Part shown: one piece after another, positions 19,196-27,519 of the stretch
Numbering within the stretch: the stretch's first letter is position 1
How the letters are laid out: every line of letters starts with the position of its first letter
Origin: Candidatus Kapaibacterium sp.
Lineage (GTDB): Bacteria; Bacteroidota; Ignavibacteria; Kapaibacteriales; UBA2268
Assembly: GCA_017995735.1 (NCBI GenBank)
Contig: JAGOIG010000001.1
Location: forward strand, 1 to 48,535
Direction of reading: 5' to 3'
DNA length: 48,535 nucleotides
Position numbers and translations under genes: made by a program
The notes under the pieces: model-generated
What the model was told of the DNA's origin: nothing
The model's input: only the letters and a program-made list of their open reading frames with translations
The model's database searches: none

Positions 19196-20332
19196 TTAAA
19201 TAATTAGGACATAAACTAAATAGAATGCAATACTAAATCGATAAAGAAAATCGACAGGCTTACTATTTTTCTTATATATATTAATTAAATAAGTGAAAGC
19301 TAAAGTAGAAGCAAGCACAATTAGGATATTCAAAAATGCTAATGGTATTGATAGATGCCCACCAAAAAAAGTATTCAAGCCTGGTGAGATTGCAGATCCA
19401 TAAAGAATAATCATATGGGTAACATAGACATAAAGTGATTTCTTCCCAAAGAAAATAAAATACTGCTCATATTGATTAAATATTTTTGTAAGCAATCCCG
19501 TGATATAAAACATTATAGCAACAAAGCAAAGACGCAAAATAAAAATTCCTATTCCTGCTATATAGAGATCACCTGTATTGTGAAATACATTTGAATCAAA
19601 ATATGAAAAGATTAAACCAATTGCTAGAAGGATTGGTGCCAGAATTAAGCTTTTTTGCATTATGAAATCAAGCCGCTTTGTAGCTTCTACTTTCTGCAAT
19701 ATTGTTCCTATTGAAACACCTAAGAAAACATAAGCCGAAAATGGAAATATTGTGAAGAATGAGCCTTTACTTGGGTCTAAATATGAAGCAATACCGTAAG
19801 GAAGTACTAAAAACCAGTCGATTCTATGTACAATTGGATTGAGAATGATGATGAATAATGCAGAAATAAGTGATATTTTAAAAAGTGATTTATTATTGCG
19901 AGTGAGAATGAATTCCAGCAAAACAAAAAGTAGAGTTACGCCAAATAGTTGCAAAATATTAACAGAGAGAAATGTATGATATATAGATTTGGGGACATAG
20001 TTAATGTTATAAAGATTATGAGCGGGGAACATCAAAAGATAACCGATAAACATCAGGTTTAATCCTGTTTTCAAGCGTTTTTCAATTGTTTTACCTGATA
20101 ACTTTCCAGATTCATCACGTTTATTAGCAAATACTTGAACAATTCCTGAAACTGTTAGAAAAATTGGTGCAGTTACACCACGTAAAAAATTCCACCAACT
20201 CCACGGAAAATCGTTTATATTTATTAATTGAGGATTAACAAGCGAAAAAAAAGTATGTCCCGCAATCATCATCAACATTGCCAAAATCCTTGCTAAATCG
20301 AGTGATGGCAATCGATTTGATTGAGTATTCAT
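19196..20332 (-). CDS. Polytopic membrane acyltransferase-like protein (DUF1624 / heparan-alpha-glucosaminide N-acetyltransferase-like)
   Basis: 378 aa, about 10 TM helices. N-terminal RLPSLDLARILAMLMMIAGH resembles the R-x-x-x-D-x-x-R...H motif of acyltransferase-3/DUF1624 families. Confidence 0.5.
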   Translation of the reverse strand: MNTQSNRLPSLDLARILAMLMMIAGHTFFSLVNPQLININDFPWSWWNFLRGVTAPIFLTVSGIVQVFANKRDESGKLSGKTIEKRLKTGLNLMFIGYLLMFPAHNLYNINYVPKSIYHTFLSVNILQLFGVTLLFVLLEFILTRNNKSLFKISLISALFIIILNPIVHRIDWFLVLPYGIASYLDPSKGSFFTIFPFSAYVFLGVSIGTILQKVEATKRLDFIMQKSLILAPILLAIGLIFSYFDSNVFHNTGDLYIAGIGIFILRLCFVAIMFYITGLLTKIFNQYEQYFIFFGKKSLYVYVTHMIILYGSAISPGLNTFFGGHLSIPLAFLNILIVLASTLAFTYLINIYKKNSKPVDFLYRFSIAFYLVYVLII

Positions 20333-20364
20333 AATAACTTTAAATTTTCAAATAATATAGATTA

Positions 20365-20372
20365 CAAAATTA
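20365..20372 (-). promoter_or_regulatory. Candidate -7 promoter element TAATTTTG for the acyltransferase-like gene
   Basis: Exact TAATTTTG on the minus strand, 32 nt upstream of the ATG at 20332. Confidence 0.35.
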
Positions 20373-20447
20373 TGAAAAAATATTCAAATTTTTTTTATTA
20401 TAATAAGAATTTTATTTAATTTAGTATAAAAATGAAAAAGGTAACAA

Positions 20448-21674
20448 TTGAATATTATTCATATTTATATTTTCGAAGACGATTTATCGCAATTATCATT
20501 ATTCCATAATATTGCTGCTAAAGTATTTCCCGAATCTACAATTATTTACGATATAGCAACATCAGAAGAAACAGAAGAAATTTTAGAGAAATTGCGTTTT
20601 CCCGCAATATTTCTAATAGATATTTTTCTTGAAGGAATAAATGGGATAAATGTTCTCAAAACTATAAAGAATAATTATTCAAATGAACTCTTTTATTCCC
20701 TAGTTATTTCTGGATTAAATGATAAAGATATAATTATTCAATCTCTAAAAGCAGGCGCTGATGAATTTATTCAAAAGCCAATTACATCTGATAATTTTAT
20801 ATTGCGTTTGTTGCAGATTAAGAAATTCCTCGATCTTCAAATTACAAATCAAGCACAGGTAAATGAGATTCAAAAATTAAATGAAAAATACTCAGCTTTG
20901 CGATTACAAGCTATTGATTTGATAAAGTTATTTCAAAAAATAAGAATCCCTGAATCAGAGAAGTTAATTCAGAGGATTAAAAAAGCTTCAATATGGATAT
21001 ATCAGAAATTGGCTGAGGAAAATTTTGAAACAACCGATTTGGAATATGCCTCCGAACTGATATACGCGGGGAACTTGTTTTTAAATGAACATCAAATTAC
21101 AAAACCCATTCTTATCAATGGATTAGTGTCAGGAAACGAAATGGCAAAAGTTCCTGAATATACTAAGATCATTTTATCAAAAATACCTGATTTTGATGGT
21201 GTTATAAACATTTTATCTCACATTTATGAAAATTATGATGGTTCAGGGATTCCTGATAAGCTCAAAGGGTGGAAAATTCCATTGGAAAGTAGAATATTAA
21301 GAGTATTATTAGATTATGAAACTTTGTTAGCAAAAAATCAAGGACGTGAATCAAAAACTATTGACGCATTATTTGAGGAATCCCGTAGGTTATATGATTA
21401 TAGAATTATTGCAATGCTTGACCAATTCTTTGCTCATCAAAATATCAATAGCAAAAGTGCTAATCAACGGGAAATGCCTATACAAATATCTGAGTTAAAA
21501 CCAGGTTATATTTTATCAAGAAATATATATACATTGACAGGATTAAAACTTATTAATATGGGAACAAAACTCACTGATGAATCTATTGAGATGCTTTTAA
21601 ATATAACAAAAGATGATGCAATAATCGGTTCAATATATGTTTATGATAGAGCTATTCAATCAGATTATAGATAG
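20448..21674 (+). CDS. Response regulator: REC domain + degenerate HD-GYP-like domain + about 65-aa C-terminal module
   Basis: REC features: FEDD acidic pocket, LIDIF phospho-acceptor Asp58, VISG, KP. The HD-GYP-like region has LIYAGN in place of HDxGK and HIYENYDGSGIP in place of HHExxDGxGYP. TTG start. Confidence 0.7.
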   Translation: MNIIHIYIFEDDLSQLSLFHNIAAKVFPESTIIYDIATSEETEEILEKLRFPAIFLIDIFLEGINGINVLKTIKNNYSNELFYSLVISGLNDKDIIIQSLKAGADEFIQKPITSDNFILRLLQIKKFLDLQITNQAQVNEIQKLNEKYSALRLQAIDLIKLFQKIRIPESEKLIQRIKKASIWIYQKLAEENFETTDLEYASELIYAGNLFLNEHQITKPILINGLVSGNEMAKVPEYTKIILSKIPDFDGVINILSHIYENYDGSGIPDKLKGWKIPLESRILRVLLDYETLLAKNQGRESKTIDALFEESRRLYDYRIIAMLDQFFAHQNINSKSANQREMPIQISELKPGYILSRNIYTLTGLKLINMGTKLTDESIEMLLNITKDDAIIGSIYVYDRAIQSDYR

Positions 21675-22385
21675 CACCTCAGAAAATTTTTTAACATATT
21701 CATCTCTGTCAATTACAGGTGAGTTCAATAAATGAAATGAAGATTCATCAATTGGTTTAGAATTTACCAGACTTTGTGCAATTTCATCGATATTTTTTAG
21801 TATTGTTCTTTGGAATTCATTATTATTGTTATATTCTTCTATAAATGCCCCGTAATGTGGCCTGAGAATCTGCCCCTTGATTTCTCTATTGAATAAAATA
21901 GCAATAGATTGCATCTGAAAAGATAATTCATCAAAAACACTGCTTTCCCATAAAGAGCTTATCCCTAGAAAAAATATACTTTGATTGCTTTTGTGAGAAT
22001 TCTTTCTATTCTCATAATTGATGAAATTTTCATCGAATAAAGGTTCCAATCTGTCAAGAAAATTTAAGAGTTTTTTTGGTGGGGTTTGGGAGTTCGATTC
22101 TATTGCAAAAAACCACAAGTCTGAATTTCTGAGTATATCATAGATAGAATTCATATCATCTATCTGACGACAATATTCTTGTGGAACAAAGAAAAGGTCG
22201 TTCGAACACCCCAGGCATTCGTTGATTAACATTTTATCAAGATTTATTAGCTCTATTTGATTTTCATTTGAATTATATTTTCCAAATGATTTGATGAAAG
22301 GATCTAAGATAAATTTAATAGAATGATTTTTTTTAGTTCCATTTATTGTGATTTGAGGTGCATAAGTTATTAAAGATATTTTCAT
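21660..22385 (-). CDS. Flavodoxin-fold / NAD(P)H-dependent FMN reductase-like protein (divergent)
   Basis: Pattern MKISLI...ELINL...CLGC...C..IDDM..IYD.L..SDLWFFA...LLNFLDRLEPL resembles flavodoxin-family oxidoreductases. The usual GSPR..GNT phosphate loop is not recognisable. Confidence 0.4.
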   Translation of the reverse strand: MKISLITYAPQITINGTKKNHSIKFILDPFIKSFGKYNSNENQIELINLDKMLINECLGCSNDLFFVPQEYCRQIDDMNSIYDILRNSDLWFFAIESNSQTPPKKLLNFLDRLEPLFDENFINYENRKNSHKSNQSIFFLGISSLWESSVFDELSFQMQSIAILFNREIKGQILRPHYGAFIEEYNNNNEFQRTILKNIDEIAQSLVNSKPIDESSFHLLNSPVIDRDEYVKKFSEVLSII

Positions 22386-22473
22386 AATTCATCATTTGTT
22401 TTTCGTTATATTTGAAAACGTTTATAAAAAAAAATAATTATAATCTGAGAATTATTAATATAGACAAATTTTT

Positions 22474-22481
22474 TAATTTTG
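22474..22481 (+). promoter_or_regulatory. Candidate -7 promoter element TAATTTTG for the ATL / alpha-oxoamine synthase pair
   Basis: Exact TAATTTTG 12 nt upstream of the ATG at 22494. It overlaps the TTG (22479) used by the ORF track, which favours the ATG start and a very short leader. Confidence 0.3.
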
Positions 22482-22493
22482 AATATTAGAAAA

Positions 22494-22817
22494 ATGCAAA
22501 AAAATTTTGAGCAACGAGTTTTGGAAATTGTGAAAAGAATACCAAGTGGGAAAGTTACTACTTACGGGGAAATAGCAAGAGTGTGTGGAGTGAAATCATC
22601 AGCAAGAATGGTGGGGTGGGTTTTATCAAGAAATGCAAATGTGGAACTGCCCTTTCATAGGGTAGTAAATCGTTCAGGTTCTTTGACAGGTAAATACCAT
22701 TTCGAGACTCCATCACTTATGAAAGAATTATTAATTGACGAAGGAATAACTTTTAATGAAGAAAATGTGGAACTCGCGAAATTTTTATGGCATCCTGAAA
22801 GTGAAAATTATATTTAG
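22494..22817 (+). CDS. Alkyltransferase-like (ATL) protein, MGMT/Ogt DNA-binding domain without reactive cysteine
   Basis: IPSGKVTTYGEIA...ARMVGWVL...LPFHRVVNRSGSL closely parallels the MGMT PCHRV core and the E. coli YbaZ/ATL PWHRVVNR core, but with Phe (codon 22653-22655) at the Cys/Trp position. Alternative TTG start at 22479. Confidence 0.75.
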   Translation: MQKNFEQRVLEIVKRIPSGKVTTYGEIARVCGVKSSARMVGWVLSRNANVELPFHRVVNRSGSLTGKYHFETPSLMKELLIDEGITFNEENVELAKFLWHPESENYI

Positions 22818-22825
22818 AGGTAACA

Positions 22826-24016
22826 TTGGATTTATTTCAAAAATGTCTTGACTTTACAAAAGCAGATGAAGTGAAACAAGCTGGTCTATACCCATACTTC
22901 CACGTATTAGAAGCCAATGAGGGTCCAGTTGTTTATGTGGAGGGCCGACGTTTTATTATGGCGGGGTCAAATAATTATCTAGGCTTGACAACTCATCCAC
23001 GTGTAAAAGAAGCTGCAAAAAAAGCAATCGATAAGTATGGCACAGGTTGCTCTGGTTCACGTTATTTGACGGGAACAGTTGATTTACATAATGAATTGGA
23101 AGCTAAACTGGCAAAATTTATTGGAAAAGAAGCAGTATTGTTATTTAGCACAGGTTATCAAACTGCTTTGGGAACAATTTCAACGCTTGTACAAAGGGGA
23201 GAATATGTGATTTCAGATAAGGAAAATCACGCAAGTATAATTAATGGTTGTATGATGGCAAAAGGTGGCTTTGCCGAATTTGTACGATTTAAACATAATG
23301 ATATGCAAGACCTTGAAGAAACACTTCAAAGGCTGCCTGAAGGTCCGGGAAAACTGATTGTGACAGATGGGATTTTTTCTGTCACAGGCGAGATTGCAAA
23401 TATGCCAAAAATGATAGAAATTGCTCATAAATATGGGGCTAAAGTTTTAGTTGATGATGCTCATTCTATTGGTGTTATTGGAAAAGGAGGCCGCGGGACA
23501 TCAAGTTATTGGGGTGTCACAGAGGAAACAGATTTGATTATGGGTACATTCTCAAAGACTTTTGCTTCATTAGGGGGATTTATTGCTGGACCTGAGCGCG
23601 TCATTAATTATTTGAAACATAACTCTCCTGCGTTAATTTTTAGTGCAAGTCCCACTCCACCATCTGTTGCATCCGCTCTGGAAGCTTTGAATATTTTAGA
23701 AGAACAACCTGAACTAGTCGATCAATTACAGAATAATGTTAAGTATCTACGCAAAAGGTTTAAAGAAAATGGTTTTAAAATTATTGAAAATGAATCCGCT
23801 ATAATTCCTGTTATTATAGGAGATATGGATAAAGCGTTAATAGCTTGGCGGAAACTGTTTGATAAAGGCGTTTTTGTGAATACATTTGTTCCTCCAGGTG
23901 TACCCCCAAATATGAGTATGATTCGAACATCTTATATGAGCACGCATCGCAAGGAACATCTTGATGAAATTCTTGAGATTTTTTCAGAAGTTTGGAAAGA
24001 TTTGGATATAATATAA
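22826..24016 (+). CDS. PLP-dependent alpha-oxoamine synthase family enzyme (serine palmitoyltransferase-like / KBL / BioF family)
   Basis: GLYPYF, GSNNYLGL, GTGCSGSRYLTG, DDAHS and GTFSKTFASLGG (PLP lysine). TTG start at 22826 preceded by GAGG with a 5-nt spacer. Confidence 0.85.
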   Translation: MDLFQKCLDFTKADEVKQAGLYPYFHVLEANEGPVVYVEGRRFIMAGSNNYLGLTTHPRVKEAAKKAIDKYGTGCSGSRYLTGTVDLHNELEAKLAKFIGKEAVLLFSTGYQTALGTISTLVQRGEYVISDKENHASIINGCMMAKGGFAEFVRFKHNDMQDLEETLQRLPEGPGKLIVTDGIFSVTGEIANMPKMIEIAHKYGAKVLVDDAHSIGVIGKGGRGTSSYWGVTEETDLIMGTFSKTFASLGGFIAGPERVINYLKHNSPALIFSASPTPPSVASALEALNILEEQPELVDQLQNNVKYLRKRFKENGFKIIENESAIIPVIIGDMDKALIAWRKLFDKGVFVNTFVPPGVPPNMSMIRTSYMSTHRKEHLDEILEIFSEVWKDLDII

Positions 24017-24039
24017 TTGAATATAAAATTTTTTTAAAT

Positions 24040-24087
24040 ACACGTAATAATTTTCTTTTTTAAGATATTTATTACGTGTTTTTTTTA
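24040..24087 (+). terminator. Rho-independent terminator after the alpha-oxoamine synthase gene
   Basis: 11-bp stem ACACGTAATAA (24040-24050) / TTATTACGTGT (24069-24079) followed directly by T8 (24080-24087). Confidence 0.75.
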
Positions 24088-24159
24088 TATTACGAAAACA
24101 CCAGAGTATGGTTTGATTCCTTACAATTTACTCTAAAATATGATAACTATGTTAATACA

Positions 24160-24972
24160 CTATATAAATGCTACTTTTTGGAATTCGGGATATGTAAATT
24201 GTTGTATACTCATTGCTTGATGAGTAAGCGCATCAATTTCAATGCTAACTCCACAAATTCGTAAATCGCCTTTTGCTAGTTCAAATTTCTGTGGTGTTTG
24301 CAATAAAAATCGCTTTATTGAAGTATCTTTGCTCATCCCAATGACAGAATTATAAGGTCCTGTCATTCCTGCATCGGTGATATATGCTGTCCCATTTGGC
24401 AATATTCTTGCGTCATTTGTTTGAATATGAGTATGAGTTCCGATTAATGCCGATATTTTACCATCTAAGTACCAAGAGAGAGCTACTTTCTCGCTTGTTG
24501 TTTCTGCATGGAAATCGACAATGATATTTTGCGTTTTTTCTCTTATTGTTTTTAAGAAGTAATCTGCTGTTCGAAATGGACAATCAATTGGTGACATTAA
24601 AGACCTGCCTTGTATTTGTAATACTGCTACACTCGTCTGCGGCTCTAAATCGATTATGGTGTAACCAAATCCTGGATTATTTGGAGGATAATTCAATGGA
24701 CGCAATACCCGGGAATCCCTCGATAATAATGGACGTGCTTTCCAATTATCCCAAACGTGATTTCCTGTAGTAATGACATTAACACCATTTGCAAAAAGCA
24801 TATTGGCTTCTACATCAGTGATACCTTTGCCTTCTTTTATGTTTTCTCCGTTTACAATTATAAAATTGGATTTATATTTTGTCTTTAGAGTTTCTAAATT
24901 TTCTTTTAGAAATTCAAGAGCGTCCTCCCCGACTACATCTCCTATAAAGAGTAAATTGATTTTTGTTATCAT
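24160..24972 (-). CDS. ymdB: YmdB-like metallophosphoesterase (TIGR00282 family; 2',3'-cyclic-nucleotide phosphodiesterase)
   Basis: LFIGDVVG, VNGEN, GNHVWD, DFHAETTSEK and GTHTHIQTND motifs. Start set to ATG 24972 (MITKINLLFIGD); the 17-codon upstream extension is unlikely. Confidence 0.85.
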   Translation of the reverse strand: MITKINLLFIGDVVGEDALEFLKENLETLKTKYKSNFIIVNGENIKEGKGITDVEANMLFANGVNVITTGNHVWDNWKARPLLSRDSRVLRPLNYPPNNPGFGYTIIDLEPQTSVAVLQIQGRSLMSPIDCPFRTADYFLKTIREKTQNIIVDFHAETTSEKVALSWYLDGKISALIGTHTHIQTNDARILPNGTAYITDAGMTGPYNSVIGMSKDTSIKRFLLQTPQKFELAKGDLRICGVSIEIDALTHQAMSIQQFTYPEFQKVAFI

Positions 24973-25020
24973 AGTCAATTCAAAATTTAGTAATTTAGTT
25001 TTTTGTATAAACAAAAAAAG

Positions 25021-25028
25021 CAAAATTA
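25021..25028 (-). promoter_or_regulatory. Candidate -7 promoter element TAATTTTG for ymdB
   Basis: Exact TAATTTTG on the minus strand, 48 nt upstream of the ATG at 24972, in the 55-nt divergent spacer. Confidence 0.3.
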
Positions 25029-25573
25029 TGAAAATTTATACTAAAACAGGGGATAATGGTAAAACTTCTTTATATTCAAAAGATCGAATTTCAAAATCTA
25101 ATATTAGAGTTGAGGCTTACGGTACTATTGATGAATTGAATTCCGTGCTGGAAATTGTTATGACGTTAGATCCCCCTGATTCGATAAAAACAGATATTGA
25201 AAAAATTATAAATTCACTTTTTCAAGTTGGTAGCGATTTAGCAACCCCTTTGAAATCAGTGATGGATAAAAAAATCAAAAGAATTGGCAAAGATGATATT
25301 TTATTTCTAGAGACAAAAATAGATAATTATTCAGCTGAATTGCCTGAATTACACAATTTTATATTGCTTGGTGGTTCAAAACAATCAGCTTTGCTTAACT
25401 TTGCACGCTCAGTTGCACGACGTGCTGAACGCCGAATTGTCGCTGTATCAGAAATTGAAGATCTGAATCCACATTTAATTACTTTCATTAATCGTCTTTC
25501 TGATTATCTTTTTGTCGCGGCAAGATATATTAATTTCAAATTAAATATTGAGGAGAAAATTTGGAAGGCTTAG
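25028..25573 (+). CDS. ATP:cob(I)alamin adenosyltransferase, PduO type
   Basis: MKIYTKTGDNGKTSLYS...RVEAYGTIDELNSVL and ARSVARRAERR motifs. Start at ATG 25028; the longer 24773 ORF runs antisense through ymdB. Confidence 0.9.
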   Translation: MKIYTKTGDNGKTSLYSKDRISKSNIRVEAYGTIDELNSVLEIVMTLDPPDSIKTDIEKIINSLFQVGSDLATPLKSVMDKKIKRIGKDDILFLETKIDNYSAELPELHNFILLGGSKQSALLNFARSVARRAERRIVAVSEIEDLNPHLITFINRLSDYLFVAARYINFKLNIEEKIWKA

Positions 25574-26460
25574 CCAATTCATTAAAAAATATAGATGACA
25601 AAGATGAAATTATCGATGATTTGTTGAACGAATTGTCTAAACAATTCCTCGCAAATATCGAAATATTAGCAAAATTTACACAACTGAACGAAAAATATTA
25701 TGATGGTAGCCATTCAAGATTTGTTGCAGAGAAATCCGTTGCCATTGCTGAGCAGCTGGGTATCACAGATGAGAACCTTACTGAAATCCGTATTGCATCT
25801 CTCCTTCATGATATTGGAAAAATTGGCTTCAGCGATGCACTTTTATTTAAAAATACTCAGGAAATGGACCCAAATGAGTATCGAATTTATACGCTTCATC
25901 CGGAAATTGCAAATAATATTTTGAGCGCAAATGAGCATTTTCAGGAAATTAGAAAGATAATTTATCAACACCATGAAAGACTTGACGGAAGTGGATTCCC
26001 ATTACATTTAACAGAAGAAAAAATTCATCGCGGAGCTAAAATTATTGCAGTTGTAGATGTTTATCATAATTCAATTTACAAGAGAAAATCACTTGCTTCT
26101 CATACAAATAATACTATTCAAACTGCGACAACAAGCTCTTTTTTAGAAGCAACAAAAGAGCAATTTAATTATGTTATGAATTATCTTTATAAAAAACGAA
26201 AAATTCTCTTTGACCCTAAAATTGTTGATACATTAATTGAGATAGAAACTTTTGAACGTAAGCAAATTGGTAAACAAACTGTATTGCGTTTACCTATAAA
26301 TCGATTGACTCCAGGTCAAATTGTTGCAGATGATTATTATAATAGTTTAGGACTTTTAATTGCAGGCCGCGGAGATGTTTTAACTGAAGATTCAATACGC
26401 GCATTAATTCGCTTCGCAGAAAATGATGAAATTCCTCAAAAAATTCTTGTTATTGAATAA
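25561..26460 (+). CDS. HD-GYP domain protein (putative c-di-GMP phosphodiesterase) with C-terminal about 60-aa module
   Basis: LLHDIGKIGF, LHPEIA, HHERLDGSGFP and VVDVY. TTG start 5 nt after GAGGAG. Overlaps the preceding gene by 13 nt. Confidence 0.85.
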   Translation: MEGLANSLKNIDDKDEIIDDLLNELSKQFLANIEILAKFTQLNEKYYDGSHSRFVAEKSVAIAEQLGITDENLTEIRIASLLHDIGKIGFSDALLFKNTQEMDPNEYRIYTLHPEIANNILSANEHFQEIRKIIYQHHERLDGSGFPLHLTEEKIHRGAKIIAVVDVYHNSIYKRKSLASHTNNTIQTATTSSFLEATKEQFNYVMNYLYKKRKILFDPKIVDTLIEIETFERKQIGKQTVLRLPINRLTPGQIVADDYYNSLGLLIAGRGDVLTEDSIRALIRFAENDEIPQKILVIE

Positions 26461-26475
26461 TTACATAACCATTAA

Positions 26476-27519
26476 ATGAAAAAAAAAATTGATACTATTA
26501 ATCCGCCACCCGTAATACTTGTTTTTGGTGAAGAGGAATTCTTAATAGAAGAATTCATTCAACATCTTCTGACTGAATTACTCGATAACAAAAATCAAAG
26601 AGTCGATTTTAGTATGTATGAAGGTGAAAATATTCCTGCTGATGACATTGCAGATTTAGCTCGTTCATATAGTTTGCTTGCGGATAGAAAGATTATCTTA
26701 GTAAAGAATTTCGATAAATCTTTGCCAACCTCAAAAACAAAAAAAAATTTGCCTGATACACAGTTTGGTAAATATCTTTTAAAGCCAAATCCTTCCACTA
26801 CTTTAATTCTTGAGACTATGGCGTCAAATTTAAATGGATATTCAAAAAAAGCAACTCCTAATCCGTCAAGCTATTCCTTTCCATACAATATAATATTGGA
26901 AAAATATGCTTGGTTTGAATTCCCCAAAATATGGCAAGATAATTATCCTAAATGGATTTCGGAAAAATTATCCAAGCTTGGTTTGAAAGCCTCTCCCGAT
27001 GCACTCGAATTACTTAATTCAATGGCAGGTGATAACTTACGTAATTTGAATAATGAAATTGAAAAACTTGTACTTTATCTCGGCGATAAAAAAACAATTT
27101 CTGTGAAAGATGTTATGGGACTTACAGGATTTAGCAAAGATTTTACTGTATTTGACTTGCAAAAAGCTATAGGTGAGATAAACTTACCAAAATCAGTTGA
27201 TATACTTGTCAAAATTCTATCTTTCGATAGGCAAGAAATGTTAATATTGTCGATTTTGCAAAAATTCTTTTTGATTTTATTGAAACTGACAGAATTAAAT
27301 TTAAACGAAAATAAATATACATTATCTTCTCAAATTGGGGTTTCTCCGTATTTTCTTGATGATTATTTGCTTGCAGCGAGAAAATATAAATTTCCTCAAA
27401 TTGTTGCTTCTCTTTCAGCAATTCAAGATGCAGATGAACAATTAAAATCAAGCGGTGGTGATAATCTTGCAATTATGCTAGATATGTTAATTAAAATTAT
27501 CCCGGAGCAAGTACAATAG
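26476..27519 (+). CDS. holA: DNA polymerase III subunit delta
   Basis: N-terminal ILVFGEEEFLIEE pattern, 347 aa, all-helical C-terminal region, LRNLNNEIEKL as in HolA domain II. Confidence 0.7.
   Translation: MKKKIDTINPPPVILVFGEEEFLIEEFIQHLLTELLDNKNQRVDFSMYEGENIPADDIADLARSYSLLADRKIILVKNFDKSLPTSKTKKNLPDTQFGKYLLKPNPSTTLILETMASNLNGYSKKATPNPSSYSFPYNIILEKYAWFEFPKIWQDNYPKWISEKLSKLGLKASPDALELLNSMAGDNLRNLNNEIEKLVLYLGDKKTISVKDVMGLTGFSKDFTVFDLQKAIGEINLPKSVDILVKILSFDRQEMLILSILQKFFLILLKLTELNLNENKYTLSSQIGVSPYFLDDYLLAARKYKFPQIVASLSAIQDADEQLKSSGGDNLAIMLDMLIKIIPEQVQ

Noticed and set aside
24076-24264. 62-aa ORF between the alpha-oxoamine synthase and ymdB genes
   Set aside because: It starts inside the terminator stem and U-tract, runs antisense into the ymdB 3' end, and has an implausible composition.
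24973-25023. 17-codon N-terminal extension of ymdB
   Set aside because: The conserved N-terminus (MITKINLLFIGDVVG) starts at ATG 24972. The extension would consume the divergent promoter region.
24773-25027. 85-codon N-terminal extension of the adenosyltransferase ORF
   Set aside because: The extension runs antisense through ymdB. The conserved PduO N-terminus MKIYTKTGDNGKTS begins at ATG 25028.
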